A DNA stretch of 64,000 bases from a bacterium (GCA_965209155.1 OZ242383.1:1344001-1408000); one strand, 5' to 3'; shown: positions 34,815 to 45,653, counted from the stretch's first letter. Notes: a model not told the origin generated them from the sequence alone. Made by a program: numbers and translations.

Positions 34815-36635
34815 TTATGCAACTGTGACGGATTTGGCCAAATTTCTGGGTCTATCGATATCACGCCCCAAATCCAATGCGGTGTAGTAGGCAAATAGCT
34901 GTGCCATTATCAATTGGAGAAAAGGCGCAACTAAAAAATGGACCCTGGGCAATTCAATCCAATGATCCAATAAAGCCAGGGCTTTGCTATCACCTTCAAA
35001 GACAAATCCCAACACGGTTCCTCCTCGTGCCTTGATTTCTTCCACGGCAACGAGAGTCCGGTGATACAATTCCTCTTGTTCAGGAAGGGGAATAAAAAAT
35101 AAAGTATACAAAGAATTATCGATCATAGCCAAGGTGCCATGTTTTAGAAAACCCGTCGACATCCCTTCTGAGTGCAGGTAGCTCACTTCTTTCATTTTCA
35201 AAGCAGATTCCATGGCAATCGGATAATAAATCCCGCTACCCAGAAACAACCAATTGTGTACCCGACTGGTTTGCCGGGCCATATTTCGGATGAAACCCGA
35301 TTGCTCATTCAAGACCATTTCAATGATTTCAGGAAATTCATCGAGAACGTTGCTGAATAATTCGTATTCGTTTTCAGTTATTCGACTTTCAGATCGGGCC
35401 AACTCCAGTACAATGCGCAAGAGGATGATCATTTGAGAAAAGGCGGCTTTCGTAGAAACCACGCATATCTCCGCTCCGGAACCCTGCATGATGACATAAT
35501 CAACCATCATGCTGATAGCAGACCCCATCACGTTGACGATTGCTGCAGTTTTCGCCTGTTGCACATTGGCAAAGCTGATGGCCATTTTGGTATCATAGGT
35601 CTCTCCTGATTGAGAGAAGCACAGCATCATATCGGCGTCTGTCAGTATGACGTTTTCTTGAAATTCATCCGAACTCACAGCAGGCAGATATCGATTGGCG
35701 TATTTTGTAAAGAGGTACTGCCCCACCATGGCTACATAAAACGTGGTTCCCACTCCCACCAGGTAGCATTGTCTTGATCGTCGCACCATGTCGGCCATTG
35801 TCTGAATTTTTCTGATTTCTATTTTCAATGCTTGCTTGGCGGTGAAGGGTTGGTCAAAAATTTCTTTGAGCATATAATGGGAAAATCCACCTTTTTTCGT
35901 GGACTCAATGTCCCAATGAATCGTAAAGGGTTGCTTTTGGATGGGTTGCCGGGTTTTCACGTTCTTAATCCAGTACTCATCTTTGCTGAGAATGGCATAG
36001 TCGTCGTCATCGAGGGTAACCGCAGTTTTGGTAAATTCCAGAAATGCATTGACGTCGGATCCAATGTAGTGTCGATTCTCACCCATACCCAATATCAAAG
36101 GGGAGAGATTTTTGGCGCAATAGATATATTCGGGTTGATGAATTGTAAGCATTGCGGTCGCAAATGCTCCTTCGACTTGATTGAGGGCCGTGACAAAGGC
36201 TTCCTCCACGTCTTGGCATTGTCCATACGCACGTTCGATCAAATGAGCAAATACTTCCGAATCGGTCATAGAACGGAAAGTTGCGCCTTCACGATGGAGT
36301 TTCTCTTTCAATTCTTGATAATTGGAGAAAATTCCATTGTGGACAATGGCAAACTCTTCATTGCCCGAAAAATGAGGGTGAGAATTTTCCCGGGTTACCC
36401 CTCCATGAGTCGCCCACCGTGTATGAGCAATGCCCACCGTGCCCATCATGCGATTCAGGCGCTCTTTTTTGTTGACTTCATCAACCGTCCCAATGTTTTT
36501 TTGGATGAGAATTTTACCATTCTTAAAAAGAGCCATCCCGCATGAATCGTATCCCCGATACTCTAAATTACGAATAGAACTCAACAGATCTTTGGCAACA
36601 TTGCGCGTACTGACGATCCCGCTTATACCACACAT
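34815..36635 (-). CDS. glmS: glutamine--fructose-6-phosphate aminotransferase
   Basis: MCGI, LEYRGYDS, HTRWATHG, SQSGET, KHG, PRNLAKSVTV. Confidence 0.96.
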   Translation of the reverse strand: MCGISGIVSTRNVAKDLLSSIRNLEYRGYDSCGMALFKNGKILIQKNIGTVDEVNKKERLNRMMGTVGIAHTRWATHGGVTRENSHPHFSGNEEFAIVHNGIFSNYQELKEKLHREGATFRSMTDSEVFAHLIERAYGQCQDVEEAFVTALNQVEGAFATAMLTIHQPEYIYCAKNLSPLILGMGENRHYIGSDVNAFLEFTKTAVTLDDDDYAILSKDEYWIKNVKTRQPIQKQPFTIHWDIESTKKGGFSHYMLKEIFDQPFTAKQALKIEIRKIQTMADMVRRSRQCYLVGVGTTFYVAMVGQYLFTKYANRYLPAVSSDEFQENVILTDADMMLCFSQSGETYDTKMAISFANVQQAKTAAIVNVMGSAISMMVDYVIMQGSGAEICVVSTKAAFSQMIILLRIVLELARSESRITENEYELFSNVLDEFPEIIEMVLNEQSGFIRNMARQTSRVHNWLFLGSGIYYPIAMESALKMKEVSYLHSEGMSTGFLKHGTLAMIDNSLYTLFFIPLPEQEELYHRTLVAVEEIKARGGTVLGFVFEGDSKALALLDHWIELPRVHFLVAPFLQLIMAQLFAYYTALDLGRDIDRPRNLAKSVTVA

Positions 36636-36644
36636 AAATGATCC

Positions 36645-37853
36645 TCAACGACTGGAGGGAAGAGAGAGATTATCAGGAATGACCACGTTCGGCTGAATGG
36701 CAGTCCCGGGAGCAAGAGTATGCCGGGCTCCGATGATTGCGTTATCACCTATAAAGGCACCGAGTTTTTGCAAATTTGAGCGGACGGGTCTGCCATGAGA
36801 ATTATATTCGATTGGAGAAAAATCAGACCAATGATTGACGGTAGTAATTCCAGACCCCAATTGCACGTTTTCTCCCACCACGCTGTCCTCTACAAATGAA
36901 AGTCCACCGATTGAATTGGCTCCCAGTAAAACGCAATTTTTCAATTCACTGGCATAGCCGATGGTGGATTCGGGGCCCAAGACACTATAGCTGCGGATCA
37001 GAGTGTTGTTTCCCACATAAGAATTCTTTCCAATATAACAGGGCCCCCGCAGAATCGAACCAGATTCAATCACCACATTTTCCTCAATAATGACAGCTCC
37101 CTCCAAATCTACTTGTCCTTTCAGATGCACTGAATTATGGATGCTCGCTTCCTCCCAAAGATTCATTATCATCATATTGGCCTCCAGGATGTGCCATGGA
37201 TAAATGATGTCAATCCATCCTCTTTCCCACAAAGAAGCTTGTAAACCATTTTCACGGATTAAAGCTTGAAAGCATTGCTCCATATCATTTCCATACGTCA
37301 TCAAATGATGAAAAATTTTGGAAGAAAGCACAAAAATTCCGGCAAAGACATAGTTGGCTCGTTGTCCTTCCTGAGGTTTTTCAACAAGCCGACGAATTTT
37401 CATTTCGTGATTCAAGTATACGTTTCCAAATTCTTTAGAAGATGGAGGAAGAGTGACAACGGCTAAATCGTCTCCTGTTTCGTAATGAACTTTGAGGGCT
37501 TCTTGAAAAATATTGCCGTCAGCCAACACATCTCCATAAACTAAAAGAAATGGTTCGACTGCTCCTAAAGCAGATTCACATAAGCGCAATGCATGTCCGA
37601 TTCCTTCTACCGATTCCTGAAAAACAAATTCAATATTGACCCCCAATTGCTCTCCATGTTCAAAATATTCTTGAATCATCTCTTTTTTATAATTGACCAC
37701 TATGAGAATTTCTCGAATTCCGACTTCCCTCAAAAATTCAATCATGGTTTCCAAAATATATTTACCGGCGATGGGGATCATTGGTTTGGGGCGAGTTTCA
37801 GTAAAAGGGCTGAGTCGTTCACTTCGATTCGCAGCCAATATCACGGCTTTCAT
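36645..37853 (-). CDS. archaeal-type GlmU-like sugar-phosphate nucleotidyltransferase/acetyltransferase
   Basis: MKAVILAA, TRPKPMIPIAGK, YGD, VEKP, WIDI.YPWHILEAN, left-handed beta-helix ending KLGAFIGD; adjacent to glmS. Confidence 0.82.
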   Translation of the reverse strand: MKAVILAANRSERLSPFTETRPKPMIPIAGKYILETMIEFLREVGIREILIVVNYKKEMIQEYFEHGEQLGVNIEFVFQESVEGIGHALRLCESALGAVEPFLLVYGDVLADGNIFQEALKVHYETGDDLAVVTLPPSSKEFGNVYLNHEMKIRRLVEKPQEGQRANYVFAGIFVLSSKIFHHLMTYGNDMEQCFQALIRENGLQASLWERGWIDIIYPWHILEANMMIMNLWEEASIHNSVHLKGQVDLEGAVIIEENVVIESGSILRGPCYIGKNSYVGNNTLIRSYSVLGPESTIGYASELKNCVLLGANSIGGLSFVEDSVVGENVQLGSGITTVNHWSDFSPIEYNSHGRPVRSNLQKLGAFIGDNAIIGARHTLAPGTAIQPNVVIPDNLSLPSSR

Positions 37854-37926
37854 AACTTTCTCCGATAATGGTCAGGATAAGGAAAAGATTCACGTTGAGG
37901 TTCAAGACCGAACAGTATTTCCAAAA

Positions 37927-38598
37927 TCAACGGATTTGCTCACTGATCGTTTTCAGTACTTGTGAAATTGACAAATGAGTCGAGTCCACATGGATCGCAT
38001 CTTCGGCAGGCAATAAGGGGGCTAGTTCACGAGCACTGTCTTGCGAATCACGAATTTCCAAAGCATTGGATATTTCCTCAAAGGATAGATCTTCTCCCTG
38101 GACCAACAGCTGTTGGTGCCGGCGTTGGGCTCTTACATGTTTTTCTCCATCTAAAAAAAACTTAAAGGTTGCATCGGGAAATATGACAGTTCCGATATCA
38201 CGACCTTCCAGAACAGCCCCCTGGTATTTTCCAGTTCGTTTGGCCTCCTTCACAATTTGACGCTGCTTTTCCTTCATACTGAGTCGAATGGCGGAATATC
38301 GACTGATTTGTGATGCCACCTGCGAGATTTCTTCTTTTCTGATTACTTCGCTGACGTCCAAACCATTGCAGAAGACCTTATTTCCCAATTCAAACCAAAT
38401 GTTCGTATTCTCGCCCAATTGTTGTAATACCTCATGGCGCTCATTCATTCCTTGCAGTTTCCAAACATACGCCAGACAGCGAAACATGGCCCCGGTATCC
38501 ACGTATAGAAATTTTTTTTCTTTAGCTAAAAGACGGGCGATAGTGCTTTTTCCACTTCCGCTGGGACCATCGATGGCGATGATTTTAAAATCCCTCAT
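37927..38598 (-). CDS. cmk: cytidylate kinase
   Basis: IAIDGPSGSGKST, DTGAMFR, EGRDIGTVIFPDA, RDSQDSARELAPL. Confidence 0.96.
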   Translation of the reverse strand: MRDFKIIAIDGPSGSGKSTIARLLAKEKKFLYVDTGAMFRCLAYVWKLQGMNERHEVLQQLGENTNIWFELGNKVFCNGLDVSEVIRKEEISQVASQISRYSAIRLSMKEKQRQIVKEAKRTGKYQGAVLEGRDIGTVIFPDATFKFFLDGEKHVRAQRRHQQLLVQGEDLSFEEISNALEIRDSQDSARELAPLLPAEDAIHVDSTHLSISQVLKTISEQIR

Positions 38599-41258
38599 TT
38601 TTGTGTTTCACGTGAAACAACGCTCAATCTTTCCAGGTGCTCTTTGGCCTGTCGCCGAAGGTCTTCATCCTCGAATTCCTGCAAAATCTTGTCGTAAAGC
38701 GCTTCGGCTTGCTTGAATTTTTTCACCTGTTCATAGCAATAGGCAATTTTCCTCAAGAGGTTGAATTTTTCGGAAGGTTGAGCTTTTGTATCCAAGTAAA
38801 ACACTTTTAAAAAATAGCCGGCTGCCTGGTTGAATTGCCCGGCCTGGAGCGCGGTTTCGCCCTTTTCCTCCAGGATAACATGAGACGGTATGTTTGAATT
38901 TTCCAAGACCATTATTTGGTCCAAGAGTTGATCCGCTTCCTCGTACAAATCCAATCTTTTTTTTACTTTGGCCAATTCAAAAAGCAATTCGGCTTTGGCA
39001 GGGGGCGAAATAGAGTCCTCGTTCAATTGAAATTCATAATTTTCAGCCAATATTTGCAAAAATCGTTTTTCCTCTTCTCTGTTCTCCAATCGCAAATAGT
39101 ACTCGATGAGAAATATGAGAACATCGACGCTCATATGATCCCGCGGACCCTCCAGCACCTTATAACTCATCTCGATAAACTCGTTGTCATTCCCTGCGTT
39201 GTGAGCCAATTTTGCCAATTTATGATAGAGATAACGTGAATCACCATGGAGATTGTGTTCAAGCGCTTGCCGATAAAAATAAGCCGTTTGCTCTGAATGT
39301 GGCAAAACAAATGCGGATTCAGCACGCATATAATGGAGATAGGCCAATTGCTCCGCATTCCAGGATTTCGCTAAAACGCGGGTAATGGTATTCACAATCT
39401 CTTCAAATTTTTCCAGTTCCAGGAGGGACTCGATTTTCAGTTGAACCATTTCAAAATTCAGGGCATTGACTTCTACTTTTTCCAATAATTCGTTGGCTTC
39501 TGAAAATTGCCTCAATTCCATCAGAATTCGAACCCAGAGCACCCTCATGGGGGATGATAATTCCTCATTGAGTCGCGTTCGACGCCAGTCTTCCAACACC
39601 TGTCTGGCATCTTCATACTGTTGGATGGCAAACAATCCATCGGCATGATAGTAGAAGGCCTCCGTTAAAAAAGGAGTCTGAGGAAAGGACGAAATCAATT
39701 TTTTAAAATAAAACCGGGTTCTCTCCCAATTCTGCGAGTCATGGTAAAAACGCAGCAGGTAAAATAGGCTGTCGTCATATCTTTCATGCGCAGGTTCGAC
39801 CTGTTTGAGGATCAGAGGAACCATAGCGGATCCCAGTTCACCCTGTGTGATTCCATACCAAAAGACATATTCGGATTTCTTGGTAGACAGACGGTAATCA
39901 ATCAACATTCTATTCAACCGGTTTCCGCCTTTATCAAAATTATTGGTTTGCAATTCAAGGGAAGCCAGGTAGAAAAATAATTGTTCTTGTGAAGTACTGT
40001 CTTTTACATAGGAAAGAGCCTTTTGATATTCCAAATGAGCGTCTTCGTGTTCTTTCAACTGATCATGAGCAAATCCGAAAACCCAATGGGCTTGCAGCCC
40101 CCAATTGGATATAAGGGATTCATCATAGTCGAAATCGGCTAAAAAACGGTACCATTGCTTCTCAAATGCATAGTGAAACAAAAAACGTAAATTATCGCTT
40201 CTCAATTGTTCTGTGGAAAATAAGTCCAAGCCGAGTCCAGCCCGATTGGGTTGATCCTGCCATAAATTGAAGTAGAAAAATCCTTGCGCAAAGAGATCTC
40301 TTTTTTCAATACCTTTTTCTTCAATCCAACTCAATTTCTGTTGTGCCGCCTGCCAATTCCGTCGCTCGAGATCACTCGATATGCCCACCAAAAGCAAATG
40401 TTCCATTTGAGGATGGTTACTGAAACGAGAGTGAACGGTTTGAATCAGGGGGTGGACAAAATCCCACTTTTTCAATCGGTGGTACAATTGGGCGATTTGG
40501 ACCGAATTTTCAAAATATTGTGAATTCTGCGGAAATTGCTCTTGAAGCTTCAAAAGAGAATTCAGCGCTTCGACGTGTTGCTTTTCTTTAAGGTAGGCAA
40601 AGATTTGGAGGGGCAATATTTCTTCAAGAATTTCATTGGTCAGAATGGTTTGCGTGAATTGGTTCGTATAAGTTATGGCCTGATGAGAGTCCCCCAGAAA
40701 AAGGGTGAGCCAAATCAGGATATGCGCGCTTCGCAGCAAGTATTCCGAATGTTCCCGCTCTTGAATGATATCCAGTAAAATTCCCCGAGCCTCATCATAA
40801 TCTTTCAACAGGATATAAATCTGGGATTTCCAAAATAAACTGGCTTGGATAAATTGGCTTGCGGGAAATTTTTCAATCAAATCATCAAAACCCTCCAAGC
40901 TATTGCGCAACTCCCCGTTATTGTATCGATCAAGAGCCAATTGATAAAGATCTTCCGCATTGGCGAAAAAAATAAATCCTGGAGGATTGGAAGCTTCGCG
41001 CCAAGAAGGTTTTTTGGGAAGTTTAAGAGCAATATCCGCAAACAGTGGAATGGTTTTAAGACTGCTCAAGGCCGGAGGAGGCCTTTTTACTGAATAGGTA
41101 CCCAACCTGGTTGAAATAAGCTGCTCGGGAGTTTCTTGTCCCCAAAGAGCCGTGACGGGGAAAATGAGAAAGCACCAAATGAAGATATTCCGGCAAAGGC
41201 CGATATTCCAGACTTTGCTTTTTCTTATCCACCCTGACAAATACAATATAAAATTCAT
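38595..41258 (-). CDS. large exported tetratricopeptide-repeat protein (start uncertain)
   Basis: 887-aa ORF; signal-like N-terminus (ALWG-Q); repeated TPR-like helices such as LIEKFPASQF and KIAYCYEQVKKFKQAEALYDKIL. Confidence 0.8.
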   Translation of the reverse strand: MNFILYLSGWIRKSKVWNIGLCRNIFIWCFLIFPVTALWGQETPEQLISTRLGTYSVKRPPPALSSLKTIPLFADIALKLPKKPSWREASNPPGFIFFANAEDLYQLALDRYNNGELRNSLEGFDDLIEKFPASQFIQASLFWKSQIYILLKDYDEARGILLDIIQEREHSEYLLRSAHILIWLTLFLGDSHQAITYTNQFTQTILTNEILEEILPLQIFAYLKEKQHVEALNSLLKLQEQFPQNSQYFENSVQIAQLYHRLKKWDFVHPLIQTVHSRFSNHPQMEHLLLVGISSDLERRNWQAAQQKLSWIEEKGIEKRDLFAQGFFYFNLWQDQPNRAGLGLDLFSTEQLRSDNLRFLFHYAFEKQWYRFLADFDYDESLISNWGLQAHWVFGFAHDQLKEHEDAHLEYQKALSYVKDSTSQEQLFFYLASLELQTNNFDKGGNRLNRMLIDYRLSTKKSEYVFWYGITQGELGSAMVPLILKQVEPAHERYDDSLFYLLRFYHDSQNWERTRFYFKKLISSFPQTPFLTEAFYYHADGLFAIQQYEDARQVLEDWRRTRLNEELSSPMRVLWVRILMELRQFSEANELLEKVEVNALNFEMVQLKIESLLELEKFEEIVNTITRVLAKSWNAEQLAYLHYMRAESAFVLPHSEQTAYFYRQALEHNLHGDSRYLYHKLAKLAHNAGNDNEFIEMSYKVLEGPRDHMSVDVLIFLIEYYLRLENREEEKRFLQILAENYEFQLNEDSISPPAKAELLFELAKVKKRLDLYEEADQLLDQIMVLENSNIPSHVILEEKGETALQAGQFNQAAGYFLKVFYLDTKAQPSEKFNLLRKIAYCYEQVKKFKQAEALYDKILQEFEDEDLRRQAKEHLERLSVVSRETQK
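38604..38619. other. parS: parS centromere site
   Basis: TGTTTCACGTGAAACA, perfect match to the canonical ParB-binding palindrome. Confidence 0.85.
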
Positions 41259-41849
41259 TATCTCTCTCGATAGTGTAAATTGAATTGCGTGAAATTGAGT
41301 AGGGTTGAATCCATGGGACTTTCCCGGTAGGTTTGATGATGTCCAATATAAACCTGCTATAAGGAGGAAGCCCCATGAATTTTGAATTGACAGTAACGGA
41401 ATTCAGAGAAATGTTCAATACTCTTCAAAGCCCGTCACGACCCTCACGCCAACCAGACCTTCACCGATTCCTCCAAACTGGATATCGACCATGTCGCCCA
41501 CTCAAAAAAGCCTTCCTCTCCGGAGTCTGTAATTGGAATTCTGAAAAGAAACGGAAATATGCCAACAATCTCGGCAACGAAGTCCGGTCGGCCGGCTGAC
41601 GTGAAAACGATAAAGGTTGCCTGAAGAACACACTTGACGGGGTTTGTATGCTTTAACTCAAAGCCCTTTTGATGCGAATCCGGAATATTTCGAGACTCTC
41701 ATTTGGTTGTCACCGGACGTTTTTAATGGGAACAAAAGGATTAGATTTTATTCCATGTTCTTACAACCCTGTAGATATGACCACACTCGCGACAATAGAG
41801 AACTACTTTGTACTTTGAAAGCCCACGACCTTGCTAGTGAGTTATTGGC

Positions 41850-42515
41850 TCAGTTGGTGTTTGTTGTAACGAGTTCACCCTTGTGCCATTCTTGCTCGAA
41901 ACGTCTGCCGTCCGATGAAGTAAAGGTTCCCTTTCCATGCTTCATGTCATCCTGCCACTCTCCTTCGTAACGTCCCCCATCTGCCCAAATGTAAGTTCCT
42001 TTTCCATGTTTCATGTCACCTCGCTATTCTCCCTCGTATCGTTCCCCATCCGGCCAGGCGAGGGTTCCTTTTCCATGCCTCATGTCATCTTGCCACTCTC
42101 CTTCGTAATGCCTCCCATCTGGCCAAGTGAGGGTGCCCTTTCCATGCATCTTGTCACTTCGCCACTCTCCCTTGTAACTTACCCCATCCGGCCAAATGTA
42201 GATTCCCCTTCCATGCCTCATGTCATTTTGCCATTCTCCCTCGTAACGCTCGCCATCCGGCCAAGTGAGGGTGCCCTTTCCATACTTTCGAGCTTCTCCT
42301 TCGTAACGACTGCCGTCTTCATAAGTCCAGGTAACCCATTCTCCGTTGTCTGTTTCCTGGGGTGCCTCCTCTTTTATCTCACTGAATTCCTGGGATCCCA
42401 CCGGGTTGACTGAACCTGGTTGCAGTAGTTCGAAGGGGGTCGTACAGGCAATAAGTCCGAAGGAAAGCAAAATGGCTATGATTTCCAAGCCCTGATTCGT
42501 ATTTTTCATTTTCAT
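41850..42515 (-). pseudogene. MORN-repeat lipoprotein, disrupted by an amber stop and a 1-bp frameshift
   Basis: Lipobox LIAC; 23-aa repeats YEGEWxxDMxHGKGTLTWPDG; TAG at 42024-42026 at a conserved Trp; repeats continue downstream, with a frameshift near 41972, to TGA 41850. Confidence 0.82.
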
Positions 42516-42575
42516 CCTTTCCTGGAAATGATGGCGCAAACCGAGATGAACAATTCATAAAAAAGTCCGGACGGG

Positions 42576-42740
42576 TCAAATGACAAAAAAAGCTCTCTCA
42601 TTGGGCCGAAGTACCATCTGGCAAATTGTTCGCAGTAGGTTTTGACGGAGACGCCCTGTGTGGGTTTGGGTTCGTCTTTGACAAACGGAGGCGCAAGAAG
42701 AGATTAGGATCAAGGCAATGAAGATGGCAGGAAACTTCAT
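42576..42740 (-). CDS. possible small lipoprotein (may be frameshifted)
   Basis: MKFPAIFIALILISSC signal/lipobox-like start directly upstream of the MORN gene. Confidence 0.35.
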   Translation of the reverse strand: MKFPAIFIALILISSCASVCQRRTQTHTGRLRQNLLRTICQMVLRPNERAFFVI

Positions 42741-42859
42741 TTATTTGCTCTAGTTGGTTACATGCGTATTTCTCAACTGCTACGACTATTATAGGGTTTC
42801 CTGAAAAAATATATGGGGCAGTGTCTCAGTTTGAAATAGAAAAGGAGAATCTATCTTGA

Positions 42860-43405
42860 TTAACTTTTGCGTTTTTTCTTGGTTAGTGCCTTTCCCGCAC
42901 CGTCATGTTCAATTGCAATAATTACTACAGGAAAGGTCATTGCTTCTTTGAATTCTTCTTCAATATAACGAATGGCATCTCTTAAACTTGGTGATCTGTC
43001 TGGTAAGCAAAACTGGAGACGGTCATCAGGGACCACTATCACCCCAACATCTATTTTTCCTAATTGAAGGCTATTTCTCAAGTGGACAATATCCCTGATT
43101 AGCAAGTCACTTCTCGCTGAAACTTGGACTTCTACTCCAAGTCTTGCCAAGACACTATTGTTATAACGAATTCGCTTTATCCAATCAACGCCCCCTGTTG
43201 TTTGCTTTTGCCATTCCCCAACATTTTCAAAGCCCTTGTCCAATGCCTCACGAATAACTGCTGCTCCATTTGCCTGCTTTTCCTCCAATATCAAAATGGT
43301 GGTATCCAAAATGATCTGTTGTAGTTCGAGAAATAAATACGCAAGCCCTAATCGACAAATTTTATCTTTGGACCCGTCGTAGTACCTGATTTTCGTGATT
43401 TTCAT
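42860..43405 (-). CDS. type II restriction endonuclease, BglII/BstYI/BamHI-like
   Basis: GGVDWIK...LGVEVQ (D...ExQ), DIVHL...GKIDVGVIVVP; overlaps the methyltransferase gene. Confidence 0.72.
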   Translation of the reverse strand: MKITKIRYYDGSKDKICRLGLAYLFLELQQIILDTTILILEEKQANGAAVIREALDKGFENVGEWQKQTTGGVDWIKRIRYNNSVLARLGVEVQVSARSDLLIRDIVHLRNSLQLGKIDVGVIVVPDDRLQFCLPDRSPSLRDAIRYIEEEFKEAMTFPVVIIAIEHDGAGKALTKKKRKS

Positions 43406-44225
43406 GAATATCTCTAAATAATTCCAGAAAATTAAATTCTGGTTTCTGCCTCATGAACAATGGGAAACTTTCTTCCAGTCGGTGACTGATATGTTCACAA
43501 TCATACTGTTCAATTCCGATCCAGTAACGAAAATTTTTTTCTGCTGCTTGAAAAGTGGAACCTCCTCCTCCAAAAGGATCTAAAACAATGTCTCCTTCTT
43601 CTGTCGCAATTAATATCGCCCGCTCTGGAATCATAAGCTTCAGTTCATTAACACTGGGGCGGACTTTATATTTTTTATGCCGATTAGGAGAGGTATCCTC
43701 CCAAAAATCGGTAAGATTCAGCCCCTCGGGATTGAGTTTATTTCTATGCCCTCCATAGTCTTTCAATTCTTTGTTGCAATGCCTGCAGGTAGAAACAGGT
43801 AATCTTAATTTGTTAAAAATCTTAGGTGTCCCTCGCGTAAAATACAATAATGCATAATGGGCAGGATAAAGTTTTTTCCCCCTTGGATATGTTCCCTTCA
43901 TCGTAAGGGCTATCCAATGTCTGAAGTCAAGTCTTTCGCTCATAAAATTGGCAAAACGAATAGCTAATACAGGAAGAGCGTACAGAAAAAATGCTCCTCC
44001 TGGTTTCAGGACTCTGGCACATTCATTGATCCATTGATAACTCCATGCAAAATATTCTTCTTCTTCCACTTTGTCACTAAATCCGTTTTTGTAATCCTTT
44101 CCTAAATTGAAGGGTGGGTCGGCAAAAACACAATCAATAGTCTCAGATTTCATTAAATTTAAGATCTCCAAACAATCTGAACTGTATAAAACCCCATATC
44201 TCGTGGTTAAATATGGTTCCATCAC
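43362..44225 (-). CDS. beta-class amino (N4-C/N6-A) DNA methyltransferase
   Basis: Motif IV FADPPFN N-terminal, motif I VLDPFGGGGST C-terminal. Confidence 0.92.
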   Translation of the reverse strand: MMEPYLTTRYGVLYSSDCLEILNLMKSETIDCVFADPPFNLGKDYKNGFSDKVEEEEYFAWSYQWINECARVLKPGGAFFLYALPVLAIRFANFMSERLDFRHWIALTMKGTYPRGKKLYPAHYALLYFTRGTPKIFNKLRLPVSTCRHCNKELKDYGGHRNKLNPEGLNLTDFWEDTSPNRHKKYKVRPSVNELKLMIPERAILIATEEGDIVLDPFGGGGSTFQAAEKNFRYWIGIEQYDCEHISHRLEESFPLFMRQKPEFNFLELFRDIHENHENQVLRRVQR

Positions 44226-44279
44226 TTTTCTCTCGATATGATTAATTTATTAATCCTTCAAAATATCTCCCGTATCCCC

Positions 44280-44333
44280 CTGGATTCCTGGTCAAGCCAG
44301 GAATGACACGTTTTCTAACTCCTGTTTCACGTA
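44280..44333. repeat. REP-like palindromic repeat between recA and the R-M islet
   Basis: Near-identical to 22351-22405. Confidence 0.8.
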
Positions 44334-44345
44334 GCTTGTGAGATT

Positions 44346-45398
44346 TCAACTCACCGGTTGTTCTTTGTTTTTCCTGGTAGAGTCTGGACCTGTTCCTTCT
44401 GGAGTCACTGCAAATTGATGGGTTTCTCTGATTTTACGATCTATTTCGGTGATCATCTTTGGGTTTTCCTCCAAAAATTTTTCAGAATTTTCCCGCCCCT
44501 GTCCTAATCTCTCCCCTTCATAAGAATACCAAGTGCCACTTTTTTGCACGATTCCATCAGAAACCCCGCAGTCCAGAATACTACCCAGTTTAGAAACACC
44601 TTTATTATAGACAATATCAAACTCGGCAGTCCGGAAGGGGGGGGCCACTTTATTTTTGACCATTTTGACTTTCATTTGATGCCCAATCGTCTCATCTCCT
44701 TTTTTAATCAAGGACCCTTTTCTCACTTCCAGCCTCATACTGGAATAAAATTTGAGCGCATTTCCTCCTGTGGTGGTTTCAGGATTGCCGAATAGTACCC
44801 CAATCTTCATACGCAATTGATTGATGAAGATAAAGATGGTGTTGGACTTGGCAACGGAGCCCGTCAGTTTTCGCAATGCTTGCGACATCAATCGGGCTTG
44901 CAATCCGACATGAGAATCTCCCATTTCTCCTTCTAGTTCATTTTTTGGTACCAGGGCAGCAACTGAATCGACGACGACAATATCCACACTGCCGCTCCGA
45001 ACCAAAATATCGGATATCTCTAACGCTTGCTCCCCGTAATCGGGCTGAGAAAGGAGAAGATCCTCGATTTTAACCCCCAGTCTTTTTGCATTGGAAACAT
45101 CCAACGCATGTTCCGCATCAATAAAAGCAGCCGTGCCACCGCTTTTTTGCACTTCCGCCACGGCGCAAAGCGCAACGGTGGTCTTCCCCGTTCCTTCTGG
45201 TCCATAAATTTCCGTGATTCTCCCTTTGGGAAATCCCCCGATTCCGGAAGCGATGTCTAATCCAATGATACCCGTACTGACGGAAGGAAAATGAGTCATG
45301 CCGGTGTCATCCAGTCTCATTATCGAACCTTTGCCAAATTGGCGATCGATCTGTGAAATGGCTAATTGCAATTCTCTGCTCTTATCTTCTTGAAACAT
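44346..45398 (-). CDS. recA: recombinase A
   Basis: [54 protein letters not shown]. Confidence 0.98.
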   Translation of the reverse strand: MFQEDKSRELQLAISQIDRQFGKGSIMRLDDTGMTHFPSVSTGIIGLDIASGIGGFPKGRITEIYGPEGTGKTTVALCAVAEVQKSGGTAAFIDAEHALDVSNAKRLGVKIEDLLLSQPDYGEQALEISDILVRSGSVDIVVVDSVAALVPKNELEGEMGDSHVGLQARLMSQALRKLTGSVAKSNTIFIFINQLRMKIGVLFGNPETTTGGNALKFYSSMRLEVRKGSLIKKGDETIGHQMKVKMVKNKVAPPFRTAEFDIVYNKGVSKLGSILDCGVSDGIVQKSGTWYSYEGERLGQGRENSEKFLEENPKMITEIDRKIRETHQFAVTPEGTGPDSTRKNKEQPVS

Positions 45399-45623
45399 TT
45401 TTTCCTCCTATTTTTTCGGTTATTCTAATTTCCCCAGATCCCTTCATACATTCCGCCTGCCGATCTCACTGAATTCGACTCCACAAAGATGCATGAGGAA
45501 GTCAAACAACCCGTCTTCGTAGAAAAGCCGGGGAGGATCGAAGTCAAAAGGAATGGGTCGTCTTTGCGAATATCAATAAATGGTGAGTTGGCTTTTCATC
45601 CAATGCCACCTCATTCATGAAAA

Positions 45624-45653
45624 TTGACTTGTATGCCTCAATGTCGTTATAAT
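45624..45653 (+). promoter_or_regulatory. sigma70-type promoter
   Basis: TTGACT-18-TATAAT upstream of the cca-smpB-dprA run. Confidence 0.55.

Noticed and set aside
35832..36545. 237-aa plus-strand ORF, and similar antisense ORFs over asd, ald, the permeases and the SDR
   Set aside because: Antisense shadows of well-supported genes
41850..42310. DGR template/variable repeats or CRISPR-like 69-bp repeats
   Set aside because: Ordinary 23-aa MORN coding repeats; differences are not adenine-specific and there is no reverse transcriptase
44322..44337. Second parS (tgtttcacgtag...)
   Set aside because: Only a half match, and it lies in the tail of the REP-like repeat
45400..45620. LexA box or ncRNA upstream of recA
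   Set aside because: No recognisable SOS-box palindrome or stable conserved structure
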